A stretch of DNA of 64,000 nt from Eledone cirrhosa (lineage: Eukaryota), in NCBI GenBank assembly GCA_964016885.1, contig OZ024743.1, positions 244,342,001 through 244,406,000 of the forward strand, written 5' to 3'. Positions within the stretch are counted from its first letter, which is position 1. Every line of letters begins with the position of its first letter. The position numbers and the translations under genes were made by a program. Positions 26,196 to 41,256 of the stretch are shown here, piece by piece. The notes beneath the pieces were generated by a model, which had not been told where the DNA came from, did not search any database, and saw only the letters and a list, made by a program, of their open reading frames with translations.

Positions 26196-27092
26196 CGTGT
26201 GTCTGTGTCTGTGTGTGTGTGTTTCCAATCTATGTATGTATTTACATGTCTATTTTTTCACATATATGAAATGTGAAAATATATGTATATACATATATAC
26301 GTTTGTTCCATGTGTATGTATATATGTAGTATATATGCATATATATATATATATATAGTATGCGTGTGTTTCCAGTGTGGACGTATGGTTGTAAATACGT
26401 ATATGTATATATATATATGTGTGTTAGCGCGCGTACTTTCAATTGCAAGCCCTCTCACTCTCTCTTTGTCACTCACACACGCACACACACACACACACAC
26501 ACACATTCACACACACACATTCACACACACACACATTCACACACTCACACACACACTCACACACACACAGACACACACACATTCACACACACACTCACAC
26601 ACACACACACACACATTCACTCACACACTGACACAGACACACACACACACACACTTACACACATACACACACACACACACACTTACACACACACACACAT
26701 TCACAAACACACTCACATACTCACACACACGTACCGTTCTCTCGTGATATTGTGCGTTGCACTTCCCAGCACAAACGTAGGCGGCCCAACAAAACGACCA
26801 ATGGCATCGTCTCCGCCGCCGATAACATTGCTACCACCCCCATCTCACTGCCGCCGCCGCCGCATAAACATCCTCGACATCCACCCGACCTCAGCCACAA
26901 CAATAGCAACAACAACATAAACAAGAACAGCAACTGCCGTAACGTGTGCGACATACAGTACAGTGTTAGTGTCTTCAGGTGCGTTCGTCATTGGTGCCAC
27001 ACCTCCCCCTCCCCCTTCGCCTCCTTCACACTGGCATCCGTTCCACCCCTCCCTTCTTCTTATGTACGCATTTGTAGTATGTGTTCACATAT

Positions 27093-27154
<62 letters not shown>

Positions 27155-27184
27155 GGCGGAGGGCAGAGGGAGGGAAATATATTT

Positions 27185-27976
27185 ATACATATACATATCA
27201 TATACTATACATATACTATACTATACATATACTATACTATACATATACTATACTATACATATACATATCATATACTATATATATACATATTATAAACTAT
27301 ACTATACATATACATATACATATACTATACATATACTATACTATACATATACATATACATATACTATACATATACTATACTATACATATACTATACTATA
27401 CATATACATATACATATACTATACATATACTATACTATACATATACATATCATATACTATACATATACATATCATATACTATACTATACATATACATATC
27501 ATATACTATATATATACATATACTATATATATACATATCATATACTATACATATACTATACTATACATATACATATACTATACATATACTATACTATACA
27601 TATACATATCATATACTATACATTTACTATACTATACATATACATATCATATACTATACATATACTATACTATACATATACATATCATATACTATACATA
27701 TACTATACTATACATATACATATCATATACTATACATATACTATACATATACATATCATATACTATATATATCATATACTATATATATACATATCATATA
27801 CTATACATATACTATACTATACTATACATATACATATCATATACTATACATATACTATACTATACATATACATATCATATACTATACATATACTATACAT
27901 ATACATATCATATACTATATATATACTATACTATATATATACATATCATATACTATACATATACTATACTATACAT
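27185..27976. repeat. Complex TACTA/CATA/CATAT minisatellite
   Basis: Directly visible mosaic of ATACT, ACAT and ATCAT units. Confidence 0.95.
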
Positions 27977-28471
27977 AAGTTACATACAACTTAAATCCGC
28001 CTATTAATCGTTAATCTGAACTTTCTCTCTATCTCTCTATCTATCTATCTTTCTCTTTCTCTATCTCTCCCTTCCTCTCGTTCTCTATATCTTCCTCTCC
28101 TTTCCTCCATCTACGACATTCCTCCACCCAGCTTTTCTCCTCTTTCCGCCTCTTTTCTTTATATCTCCCCCTCTTACTCTCACTCTTTCCCGCACGTAAG
28201 TTAAACTTCTGAACTGGGTAACCAGTGATAGTATTTGTAGTAGCTGCTACTGCTACTGTTGCTGTAGTAGTAGTAGTAGTAGTAGTAGTAGGACATATAG
28301 ATATAGATATGTATTTTTAATATGTATATATCTATATAATATAAGTATGTATATAATATAAACATATATATAATATAAACATATATATAATATAAACATA
28401 TATATAATATAAACATATATATAATATACATATATATTTATATATATATATATATGTGTGTGCGCGTTTAA

Positions 28472-28587
<116 letters not shown>

Positions 28588-29809
28588 AGAGAGAGAGCGA
28601 GAGATTATATATATTCATTCCAACATCCTCTGTTTTCCAACAATTAATTACTATTAAAATTATTGGAAGTTCGCTTCATAATCATTAGGTCTCGGGTTCG
28701 ATCTTGGGCTATTCAACTTGTGCCATGTGCGTGGAATTGGTAGACGAAAGAACTGTACTTATATTTCAATATGTCACGCTGAATCTTCCTGAGAATTTCA
28801 TTACGGGGTACACGTGTCTATGGAATCCCCAGTCCCTTACACGTTAATTTCACGTGCAGGCTGTTTGTTCCATTGATCGAACAACTGGAACACTCATCGT
28901 CAAAACCGACGAAGGTCCGTTCCATTCCACTTTTACACTTGCTACACCTTTTTTGCGGTATTTGTTCCGGATTAACCCCGAAGTTGACATTGTCTTCCAT
29001 CGTTCCGGGGTCGCTAAAATAAAGTACTAGTCAAGTACTGAGGTCAATATAATTGAATCCCCTCTTCTTTCCCCTCCCTTCCAAACTACTGGGTTTGTGC
29101 CTCAATTTCAAACTCTATTACTACTAATAATAATAATGGACTCTGTCTTAGGCACAAGGCCAGCAATTTTGGGTGAGGAGGGGGGGGGGTCGATTAAATC
29201 GATCACCGTACATTACTGGTACTTTATTTTATCCACCTCGTATGTATGAAAGTTAAAGCTAACCTCAGAGGGATTTGAACTCAGAACGTAAAAGGCTGTA
29301 ACTCTATGCCGTAAAGCATGTTGACCGACGTTCTACCAATTCTGCCAATCAACCACCCAAACTACTACTACTAATAATGGTTTCTTTATTAGCAACATTA
29401 AGTAAACAATAAAAACGGCACATGACGATACAGGGTAGATTTTTATGCGCATAAAAAGTTTGTAACATCAATTAAAAAATATAGAAATAAACATTGATTT
29501 CTAATTTAGGCACAAGGCCAGTAATTTGGGAGGAATAGGGGAGTCGGTTATTATCGACCCCAGTGCATGACTGGTATTTTGTTTTATTGGTCATGCAAGG
29601 GTGAATGGAAAAGTTTTGTTGTTTGTTTTTTTTGTTTTTTTTTAAGGAACTTTATCCACTACGCTAGAAGCACGGACAATCTAATAATAATAAATATAAT
29701 TATAGAAGAAGAAGAAGAAGAAGAAGAAGAAGAAGAAGGGGATCTTTCTAAAAAAAAAAAGCTTATTGCAACTTATAAGCTGAATACCGATTGCTATCAT
29801 ATATGTGTG

Positions 29810-29895
<86 letters not shown>

Positions 29896-30149
29896 AGAGA
29901 GAGAGATGATAGCATTATTAGTTAGAATCAGCTATTTTTAGAAAGTTTCCCTTCTTCTTCTTCTTCTTCTATTATTATGATTATATCATACCAATGAAAC
30001 AGTTCTAGTCCTGTAGGAGCCATTTCTATATTAAATAACGATGTTTTCACTCTATTAATGTATTGAGTACCTTTTTAACTGTGTTTACTCCCAATTTCAC
30101 TCGGGATTTAAATATATATATATATATATATATATACATGTGTGTGTGC

Positions 30150-30191
<42 letters not shown>

Positions 30192-30364
30192 TAATGGTTT
30201 GTAACTTTAGGTTACTATTGGTACACTAACTTGAGTACTCGGTGCATAGGTGGGTTCGTTTTAGTATAGTACGTGGTATTGTATATTTGGGGTTATACTA
30301 TGGTCGGTCTCCTTCATAAGCTGTGTTAATAATGAGTAGGAACGATATGACAAAGTATCATAAT

Positions 30365-30498
30365 TAAATTTGTTCAGGTGTGATGCACGTTTCACGATTG
30401 ATGAGCTCACGGTACGATCCGCGGATACCTCCCGTTATTAAGGAAACTACGAGTCGTACCTTGAGCTGATCAATCGCGCCACCTGAATAAATGTAATA
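30365..30498. mobile_element. Foldback/MITE-like palindromic element
   Basis: Arms TTCAGGTG..CGATTGATGAGCTCACGGTACGA / TCGTACCTTGAGCTGATCAATCG..CACCTGAA; a single related arm lies at 14040-14095. Confidence 0.65.
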
Positions 30499-31062
30499 AT
30501 TATTTCTACTTTTGGCACAAGGCAAGCAAATACCCAGTGTATTACTGGTACTTTATTTTATCGACCCCGTAAAGATGAAAGGCAAAGTTAACCTCGGCGG
30601 GATGATAGTTTGACACCACGAGCCCTTAACGTATGTTGGAACCCTCGTGGTTCTGGTCCGTCACGGTTACTTTAACTTAACGGAGCACAGCTGATTATTT
30701 GCAGAGAGAAATTAAGAGAGATGTAATGAACAGAGAAGTAATAAAGAATGGACCTGGTACTTTAGTTATCGACCCCAGGAAAATAAAAAGCAAAGTCGAC
30801 ATCAGTAAGATTTGAACTCAGACCGGGAATAAATACCACAAAGCATTCTAGCCAACGTTCTAATTATTTGCCACCTTTATAAACATATATACACCCACTT
30901 ACATAAATTTACTAAGACAGAAAGATAGTATAAACACACGCACACTTGTATCAATTGGCATACATAGCATCTTCCATTCATGTTCTGGTACTTCTATAAA
31001 ACTTTTTGGCGAAATAATTTCTTTATGTATACATACACACATACATACACACATACATACAC

Positions 31063-31093
<31 letters not shown>

Positions 31094-33404
31094 AGCAAGC
31101 GTACGTACATATATGCATACATACATTCTCACACACATGCATGTAACTTTGTAGAAGAGTGTATGTATGAATGAATGTATGCGTGTGTATGTATGTAATT
31201 TTGTATGTATGTATGTATGTATGCGTCTGTATGTATGTAATTTTGTATGTATGAATGAATGTGTGTGTGTATGTATGTAATTATGTATGTATGTATGTGC
31301 ACGATCACCAAATATTTCGCTGAGCGGACAGAGTGACCGAGAAAGTGAGGGGGGAGGAGGAGGGGTATGTGTGTATGTTTGTGTGAGTGAAGTATGAGTG
31401 ACGACGAGAGTGAGACTTACACACATACACACACACAATCACACACAATCACACACACACATGCAATCACACACATACACACTAGATCCTTGGAAGGCTT
31501 GTGAGAGCGACTTATCAATCGTTCACACTCGTGTAGCTTAGCCCGGAGTGGGCCAAATATACATATATATATAACACGGGACTGGCCAACAGAAAAAGTC
31601 TCGCTTTTTGTGCTTGACTGACAAGGACAGGTGTATTTTACCTGTTGGAGACAACTGGAAATAACAGGTGAAAACAGCAGCAGCAACAGCAGCAGCGGCA
31701 AGCAGTAGCACTAAGACAATTTATCAAAGAAAGAAGAAAAGTTGGAGTAACTACTAAAGTGAATGATAAAGAAACATACATATATATACATACATACACA
31801 CACAGATATATATATATATATTTATATATATAAACATACATATATATATGCCTATAGAGAGAGAGATAGGTAGATAGACAGACAGTTAGATAGACAGTTA
31901 GATAGATAGATAGATAGATAGAATCCCAGCGAAGGGCTACCTCAGTTCCGGTTATTAAGCAGGCTTACTCGCTACGAACGCGTTATACGAATTTTACCGT
32001 GTAATCTTTATCTACTCTGTAACTAAGCGTGCATCGAGTACTACCCTGGTCTGTGGTCATCCCGGGTCTCCGTACTGCGAGCACTTCAAACACACATAAG
32101 AAAGTTAAGGAAAAACAGCACAGTAAAACAATACATATTATGATGGTATATTAGTTATACATACATACATACATATATATATGGTGTGTATATATAAAAA
32201 TAAATGTGTCGATATATATATATAATATATATATATATTAGAGCAGTGTAGTGACAAGAAGAGGTGATTTAGAAGAAGAGGAAGGGAACATAAGAATCTG
32301 AAGACGAAAACGACAGCGAAATAGATAGATAGATAGAGCACAACGAAATTACAAGGGGAAAGAAACGAAAGGAAAGAGACAACAAAAGAAAAGAAAAGGA
32401 AAAAAGTGGGGGTTAAAAAAGAAAAAAAGTTTTGTTTGGTTAAAGGAGTTTTCCCTGGCTGTTTATGTTGTTTTTTGTTGAGCGGCATAAGGGGAACATA
32501 CTGGTCTCTCTCTCTCACCCTCTCTCTCTTTTACCCTCTTTCTTTCTCTCTCTCTCTCTCTGTCTCTCTGTCTCTCTGTCCTGTCACTTTGGATTGGGAG
32601 AAGAAAAGAAAGTCTTGCTGCCCGACCAACTGGTCTTCACGCGCTATTTCCAACCAACTGGTCTTCACTTTCGTAAACACACACACACACGCACATACAT
32701 ACATACACACACGTGCACACACACGTACGCACACACATATAAACACATAGAGAGAAGAAAAAGCATATATTCATACATTCATACATTCGTACATACTTAA
32801 GAAACACGCACACTCAGTTTATCTCCTCCTCCCACCTCATTTCATTCTCAATTATTGTTATTATTTATTATTGTTGTTATTAATATATTTTTTTTTTTGT
32901 TGTTATATCCCCTACTTGTTCATTTGTCCTCTCCTCCCTCCTGGTCCCTTATATCTTAATCCCCTCCCCTACACCTTCAGCATCATCACTTCTCCTCTCC
33001 CTATTACTCCCTATCCCTAACTCCCACTTGCTCTCAGTTCCTCGTTATTATTGTTATTATTATTGTTATTACTTTTCATTCTTTATTCACGTATTTTTTT
33101 GTGAATATCCGTTTTCTCCTCTTTCTGCCTCCCCACCTCTCTCTCTCTTTCCCTCCCTTGCCTGCTTTCGTCTCTCCTTCTTCCCCTTCTTTTACAAACT
33201 GTACCCCCTCCCACCTTATTTCTCCTTCTCCTTCTCCACTCTCTCAATCTCCCTCGTCTTCCTTCACTTCCATTCATCACCACCACACTACACATACACC
33301 TATATCTTACATACATCTAACCCACAACACTACAACACTGACATACCGACCTCTTGTGGTGGTTAGTTCGGCGTGTTCTTGTAAGTTGTAGTAGTTTCTA
33401 GTTC

Positions 33405-33430
33405 TTCCTCTCTTTCTCCACACAGAACAG
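33405..33430 (+). promoter_or_regulatory. Splice acceptor upstream of the P450 start codon
   Basis: Polypyrimidine tract TTCTTCCTCTCTTTCTCCACACAG, with a second AG at 33429-33430; implies a non-coding upstream exon. Confidence 0.55.
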
Positions 33431-33490
33431 ATTTCGGCGTGGCGTGCCTGACGTGAGAACGGTTCCCGGCTTGGAAAGAGTCGGCAACAC

Positions 33491-34543
33491 ATGGCCGAAT
33501 CAACCCTTTTACGAAGGGTGGTATCTGGCCACGCAACTAGGGGCCTATGTCGATTACTGCATTCTCGTCGCACACACACACCACACAGTACTAACACTAA
33601 TACTACGTCCACGACCACCACTACTATTACTACTTGTAGTAGTAGTAGTAGTAGTAGTAGTTGTAGTAGAAATAATAATATTTATAGTAATATTCAGGGT
33701 GTAAATCTTTGTTGTAGTAATAATGCTAGTGAATGCAGCAGAAATGTCAGAGATAGTAGCTGTAATAGTAACAGTAGTAGTAGTAATAATAGTTGTAGTA
33801 ATGTTTATAGAACAAGAAAGCACATCGCTTCGTTGACAGCAACAACATTAACAGCAACATCATCAAGTGTAGCGACAACGACGATCTGCACATCATCATT
33901 ATCATCGTCCTCATCACCATCAACATCATCGTCATTAGGAACAACAAACTTATCATCGTCATCGCCTGTACTTGTCTTCTCTTCATTCTCATCACCATCA
34001 TCATCATCTCCATTGTTATTTCCCCCACCACTACCATCATCATCATCGTTGTTATATTCCTCGTCGTCATCAATATCATCAACAACAGCGTTAACAGCAA
34101 CATCACAATCACTAACATCAACATCACCTCAGTTGTCCACTACAACAACACTAACAACAACAACACCAACGCCAGTGTCACAACCATGGACAAGGCGAGC
34201 GTTAGCACTTTCACGGCAGAGTACCGGCGGATTCGATCTGGCTTCCAGGCGGGCCTGTTGTCCTGTCATGGTGACAACAGCTCTTCCGAGAACATCGTGG
34301 TTAACAACATCGATCACAAAGCCTATAGTTCGAACATTGATCACAAACGGTTCTACTACAACTCCTCCTCCTACTACTACTACAATAAAGGCACGATCTC
34401 CCCCAGCTACGACGGGTAAAAATTCATCTGCCGCTGCTCCGTTACCTTTAAAACAACTTCCGGGGCCGAAAGGATGGCCCTTCCTCGGTATTTTCCCCGA
34501 GTTGCTAAGGAAGGAAAACCGTGGATGCATACACAAAGTCCAG
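33491..34543 (+). CDS. First coding exon of a mitochondrial-clan cytochrome P450 (CYP24/CYP27/CYP10-like), partial
   Basis: Arg-rich presequence-like start MAESTLLRRVVSGHATRGLCRLLHSRR; proline-rich hinge PLKQLPGPKGWPFLG followed by IHKVQ and a phase-0 donor CAG/GTAAGT, the same exon-1 boundary as CYP27 (LHQLQ/) and CYP24. The frame is open for 351 codons with an in-frame stop upstream of the ATG. Confidence 0.8.
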
Positions 34544-35789
34544 GTAAGTCAATTATTATCCTTATTATTTTGCATTCTTTGTTCTAACTTATTACATTGT
34601 GTTCAAATCCCGCCGAGGTTAACTTTACCTTTCATCCTTACGGGGTCGATAGAATAAAGTACCAGAAACGCATTGGGTCGATTTAATCGACTTTCCCCTC
34701 CCCAAAATTGTTGGCCTGATGCTTAAATCAGAAACCATTGTTATTTTGCCGATCTGTTTACGCTGTCTTCAAATAATACTAAAACCAACTTAACCTTTCA
34801 TCCTTCAATGATTGATAAAATAAAGTTCTAGTCACCTTATATCAGTCAATATAATCAACTGTTCTGTCCTCCACTCCAGCTTCTTACCTTGTTTTTATGT
34901 GAGAAAAATTAGTCGTATAATTGTCAATATTTTGTGCATCTTTTTGTTTTACGTTCTGAGTTCAAATACAGCCGAGGTCAACTTTGCCGTCTTTTCTCCA
35001 GGGGGTAGTTCTATTTGGCGCTGTGTCAAAATATGACTCCTTATCCCACCTATGTAAAAAAAAAAAAAGTTATTTGTAGCATTATCTGGGTAGCAGTTGG
35101 TAGAATCGGTAGAGCGTTGGACCAAATGTCTTGAGATATAGCTTAGGTGCCTATATTAGCTTCCGTGTTCAAATCGTTGCTGATATAGTAAATGGCTTTA
35201 ACTTAATTATTTTTCAAATCTAAGTTTTGAACCAGGACATTTACAACTCTGCAAAAAAATTTCATCTCACCTCACTTCCCTCCAAAAAAAATTGATTTTC
35301 TTTAGTTTTATTTTTAAATATGAAATTATGGGTCAGCAAGAAAAACAATTCTTTTTCGACGTCTCAAGTACTAAGTTCGATCCTGTCATCAAAATGTATT
35401 CCCCTGTATCTACATTAAGGGAGCGATTGACAAGATGGGTAGAGCACAATGTGGTCGATTGTCAGAATCGGTAGAGTACTTAGTATAAAATGCCTTGCTA
35501 TATTTACTTAAGCCTAATCACCTTTAAATACCGAGTTCGAACCCTGCTGAGACCAATTGTCAGTCGACAAGATAAAGTACCAGTGATATATTTGTATCGA
35601 TTCATTTAACTACATACCGGCTCCTCATGAATGGGCTTGTACTTCAGAATTATTGTTTATAAGCAGTTGTCGTTCAGACCCAGGTCAGTTCTAATCGAAA
35701 GTGTTCCAGCCGTGACTATCCCATCTTTTGTTTTCAGATTACATTTTAGGACATCATTATTCATTATTTCTTGTATTTTTTTCCCCGAA

Positions 35790-36725
35790 AGTAGAATGCA
35801 ATTTGAGGCAGATTTGGCTGTTATTTTTCATTGTTTAGTCCACATCAAGCAACTCTATGATCAAAGGCCAATCATAACCATTCCGTTTTAATGGCATGGA
35901 AGACTACATTATCTAATGTGTTATTTCCTTGTTTGAGACGACAGAGTGAGATTTGACTGCTATTTCTACACGGCTGTTCGACCACATAAAGGTCTCCCTC
36001 ATTGGTTTGGAATGTGTTACAAGCATGTGATCAGTAGTTGTAGTAAAAGGCGGGAAAGTTGAGATAAATAGTAGAGCTACAGTAGTGTCTTACAACATTT
36101 CGGGTTTGTCATTAATGGAATAGCACCTGACTTTGTTCCTCGCCGTTCGGTGTTCAATTCCTACGTAGAGCGACAGAATAACTACCAATATACATTCAGG
36201 GATATGACGATCCAGTGTTAACTCTACTCCCACTACCGTCCTTTCAAATATGTTTCACGTTTTAACAATAAAAAAAAACTGGTCGCACGAGTTGACAAAG
36301 GAGCCATTATATGGTTGTTCGACATGCTAGAAATAGCAGCCAAATTTCTTTCAAATTGCATCCAACTGACTTAAAAAGAGAAAAGACACATTGGTTAATG
36401 TAGTCTCGGATACACTACGCCAAGGAAAAAAAAACCAGACGAGCTGGACGCAGCCGAAACACGTTTAATCTCAGGTCTACTCAGTCAGGGTTGACTTGGG
36501 GCTAAACAACATCACTGGAGCGTGAAAATGTTGTCATTGTTGTTTAGCCCTGGGTGAGCCTTGTTAGAGCAGACAGGCCTGTCTATGATCAAAATTGACT
36601 CCAGCCATGACTATATCGTCTTTTCTCCAGGAATAGTGTATTCTAGACAACATTGCCCAACGTGTCCTTTTTAGGGTGTGGTTTGAGGAAGATTTGGCTA
36701 CTATTTTTAGCATGTCGAATGACCT
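35790..36725. repeat. Cluster of interspersed repeat family C (also ~1300-1460, 1780-1850, 2150-2225, 39080-39135, 40450-40560)
   Basis: Recurrent TTGTTCGAC-TGCTAGAAATAGCAGCCAAAT-TC-TCAAATCACA in both orientations. Confidence 0.65.
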
Positions 36726-39700
36726 CGAGCGTTAATTTGCCGGGCTATAAATTATTCCCTTCTTATGCTTGCTCTAAAAGCCATTATTACCTCTTCCGTG
36801 TCACCGAGCAGTAGAGAAAGGGACCGGGCGTGGGAGTGGGGAGTAGATTCCATGGCCTTTTTATTTATTTATTTATTTATACTGCAACACATTTTAGGTT
36901 TCAGATGGATCTTCCGTCGGTCTCCACGATGTCCATTCAGTTGTTTGATCAATTGAATGTTTGATTCGTCTTGTTAAATTAAAGTATAACTAGCTGAGTA
37001 TTCCACAGATACGTGTGCCTTTATCGGAATGACATAATGCGTGACAAGGCTGGACCTTTGAATTACATGTACAGCCCATCTAACAGGCTTCCGTACAGTT
37101 CCCATCGACCTAATTTCACTTATTAAGCTTGGGTCGGCCTGAGGCTATGGTAAAAACACTTGCTAAAGATGCCGTGTTATAGGTTATAAGTTGTTGGTGT
37201 TTATAAAAAAGGAATGAGTGCCATAATAGTTTGTTTCTGCTCTCTTCTTTTACACGGTGACTCGATTTACTAGAAATAGCAGCTAAAATTCCTTAAAATC
37301 ATAAAAAATGGTGGGTAACGTATTCAAAATATTTTGGATCATCTGCCGGTTTCGATGAAAAATTAAATTAATTTATAAGTGGTTGAGTATTCCAAAGACA
37401 CGTGTACCTTTATTGTAATTTTACAGGCCTCGACTTGGATCGACCTTGGTGATGATAAAAAGTACTTGCATAAGATATCAAGTAGTGAGATCAAACGCGA
37501 GCGTTTATGATTGCGATGTGAACTTTACCACTCGGCCTTCAAGTGTCATAAAACTGGCTGAGTCATTGGCACATCGGATGAAATTCCTCTCGGCATTTAT
37601 TCCGGTATCTTGTGTTCAAGATGGTATATAAAGTATCAGTCTAGAGAGGTGAACTGACAAAATCATTAAAGTGTCAGATACATGTGTTCGAATTGTAAAG
37701 GACCAGGTTCACTAGGATAAAAAAAATACTAACTATAACAATATGGTTTGCCAGACTTAATTTAAAGTAATAAAAAACTTCTTTCTTGGGGCTATTTAAT
37801 TGTAAGAGACTATTTTGAGTTTCTAACTCAATATCTGATAAAGTATCAGATAGAATTATTTGCCTTATTTCTTCTTGTTCTTTATGTTCAAGCTCAAATT
37901 CAGCTGTGGCCCACTTGAACATTAAGATTTGACATAGACACCTAACACTTATGCAATATTAGTGGATTCCACTCTGTTGTAAATGTTAGGGCAAGGTCTC
38001 CTGTTTTAGGACACTTTCCTCCCCTCACCGGTCTTGGAGAAATCCGAAAATGGTCATGGGCTCTGCCCTTTCTCCTGACTAAGCGATAAAATGAAGGAAA
38101 GGAAAGGAGTCGATCGTCAAATTGGATCAAGGAAACTATATTCCCAACGATCTTTCCTTTCTATATACTATTTACTGGTCGCGCTCCTAGCACGAGCAGC
38201 GTGAAATAAAGTATTTTGCGCGAGAACGCAACACGCCGCTCGGTCTCGGTCAAGGAAATCAGTTCAACACCAAATGTCTAAGCAATAAAAAAAAAATGTA
38301 TTCGAAATAAAGGCAACATTGGATGGTTAAGTCTGTAACGTCTTGATTGTGAGTCAACTGAATCAGAAACACTAATTAATTTATCATGATAATACTACAC
38401 TTTGATCTTAGGCACAAGGCTAGCAATTTGAAGGGAAGGGGGAAGTCGATTAAATAACTCCAGTGCGATACTGGTACTTTATTTTATCCACCCCGTAAGG
38501 ATCTATAAAATAAAGTACCAATATTACACTGGACTAGACTTAATCGACTAAACCCTTCTCTTCAAATTGTTGGCCTAGTGCCAAATGTTGGAAAAATTAT
38601 TACAAATGTTGTTGTTAGGTAGTTAATGTTGCTACTGCTGTTGTGTTACACCATTGATGTCGCGGGTGTATTTGTTAATATTGCTAACTGTCGGCCTGAT
38701 ATTGTTTGTGTTACTACTACTGCAACAGTTGTTTTAAATATTGCTATCATAAACCGTTATGTTGTTTAGCCTCACGTCAACTCTGATTCTGCAGATCTAT
38801 GATCAAATACATTCTAGTTAGGGCCGTATTAATCCATGGCTGGTTCCCAAGGTATTTCAGGTCCCATTTGGCGTTTCCATCTTTCACTTCATTAAAGCCA
38901 AAAAGAAAAAAAAAAAAAGAGAAAGAATTCAGAAGTCCATAGTCCCTGCGGGGCCCTTGGGTTTCAGCCTAGTCAACCTTATGAATAATGCAACCCTGAT
39001 TTCCGCCAGGATCATCCAGGAAACGTGTGTAGGAGGACTAAATTATCCAGTGTCTTTTCCTTTCCCAACGCACGCAGTAGAGTGCAATTTGAAGAGAGAT
39101 TTGATTGCTATTTCTAGGAGGTCGAACAACCACTTAAAAGCCACACGCCCGTTACTCGCATTTTTTTACATTGATACAATTGTTATATTGCTACTACTAC
39201 TATTGTTGTTGTAATGATATGTTGTTGCTGTTTTTCTATTCAATGACAATTATCTAATTGTTCATCACCAACTGCTGCCCCTTGTAGGCTGCTATTGGTA
39301 TTGTACCTTTGTATGGTAGTTTTTTTAAAGTGCCGAACTGATAGTCGTTAGAACATCGTTTTTATATGCCTCGATATTTGTTCCGGTTCACTACGCTCTG
39401 AGTTCGAATCCCGTCGAGGTGAACTTTGCTTTTTCTCCTTTTTTGGTCGATAAATAAAGTATCAGTCCAGGGACTAGGTTGCTGGAATTATTAATGGGTC
39501 AGGCAATATTCTAATTCGGCTCCGATAATATGAATGAAATTTACAGCCCAAACTGGCCTCCGACGAGGTTGGATGTATCTCATAGGTTTCTTGGGTGTTT
39601 TACTGAATGTGTGTGTGTGTTTGGGGGACAGTCTTATTATGAAAAGCAATGTCTTGCTCAAAAACACAATGTGCTTGTCCAGTCTAGGAATCCAACACCC

Positions 39701-41067
39701 TAGCCACTAGGCCTCGTGCTATCAGCAATAGAAGGATCTATGGAAACAGCTTTCTTGGTCCTATCTAACGTTCGGTTCCTTTTTTTTTCTTTTCCTTTCT
39801 TAAAGGTAAGGTTTTGATTGGCTAAGAAAAGTTTCGTCCTGAACCGTTACATGAATAACAACCTTTCTAACTGTTCCTTTCTGTAATAACTTTAACCCTT
39901 GCTATACTAATGACCACGGCTGTTTGAGTCGATGCAGCTGTTACAGTTATTACAGATGTGATACAGGTATGACGTCTTGGGTTCGATCTCACTGCGTGAC
40001 ATGGTGGACAAGTGTCTTTACCCTGTCTTGGGCTGAGCCAAGTTTCTCCAATGAAACTGGGTTGATGGAAATTATGGAAACCCGTTGGATAGACTGTGCC
40101 AGTAATTAAAAGGTCCAGCTTTGTCAGATTTTACGTCGTACTGATTCTGCATTTGACTTACATTAAGGGTACACATGTCTATGGAGTACTCAACCACATA
40201 GACATTATTTCACGGGTTGGACATTCAGTTGATTGAACAACTGAATGCTAATCGCCGAAACTGACAGAGGGAGTCATCATTAGTTGTTTTGCACAATAAA
40301 TTTCAAGTAGGATCGAATCGCGTTGCAGTCGACGTTTGACTTACCTTCATAAGAAATTGATAACAAATGTACGAGTACTATATTGGGTTTGATTCAAAGC
40401 AGTATAGAGCTATTTCTATGAAAATGTCTGAATCAACAAGAAAGTCTGTACAGGGTTGTTTGAGTTGCTAAAAATAGTAGAGAAATCGCCCTCAAATCAC
40501 AGTAATTATACATTCGAAAATGCATTAACATATATACAAAAAGATGTGATGGTCATGCATGGTATGCTAAATGTACATGAAAATATTACGACATTCTCAA
40601 GTATCACAAAAGTCATTATTGAATGCTGAAGACTGTTTTCATTGTTATGTGTATTAGATACCTCACTGTTGAGCCTCAGTCAGTCCCGACGAAATGTGTT
40701 CCATTTGTTTGAACAACGAAACAACCTGCTCGCAAACGGTTAAGTCTTCCAGATACGTGTAGTCAGAGCTATTCAGGATGACCCAGTATGTGAGAAGACT
40801 GGCCCTTTGAAGTGTAGGTTGAACTAATCTTTTCCAGTTGAGTAGACTGGTCCAACGTGAAATAAAGTGTCTTTATCAGGAGCAAAACGCGCCACTGAGA
40901 ATCAAATTCGTGACCTTGCTATTGTGACTTGAACATCCTATCCACTAAATCACGCGTTTTTACAAACCTCACTATCAAATACACGCACACGCAACTATAT
41001 ATATCGTTGCTTTTTGTGTGTGTGTATTTTTATAATGCTGAAACTCCCATCAAATATCGCTGACTGG

Positions 41068-41256
41068 CAAAGTGGTTCTACAAAATAATTTCAATTACTC
41101 TATTTCGGGGTTTCGCGGAACCCTTTTTCGTTCAGAAACTTTTGTGGGAACCCCAAAGTCTAATACTGCTATATGGTCACAATATAAATATACTCCTTTA
41201 CCTTTTTTCACGGAACCCTAGACACTCCTTTTTGGAACCCACTTTAGAAACCTCTA
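41068..41256. mobile_element. Decayed hAT (Charlie-like) MITE
   Basis: AGTGGTTCT start, repeated GGAACCC subterminal motifs, TTTAGAAACCTCT end. Confidence 0.4.

Noticed and set aside
34544-34657. C-terminal part of the 388-aa ORF (VSQLLSLLFCIL...)
   Set aside because: It is read-through past a strong GTAAGT donor into intron and SINE sequence.
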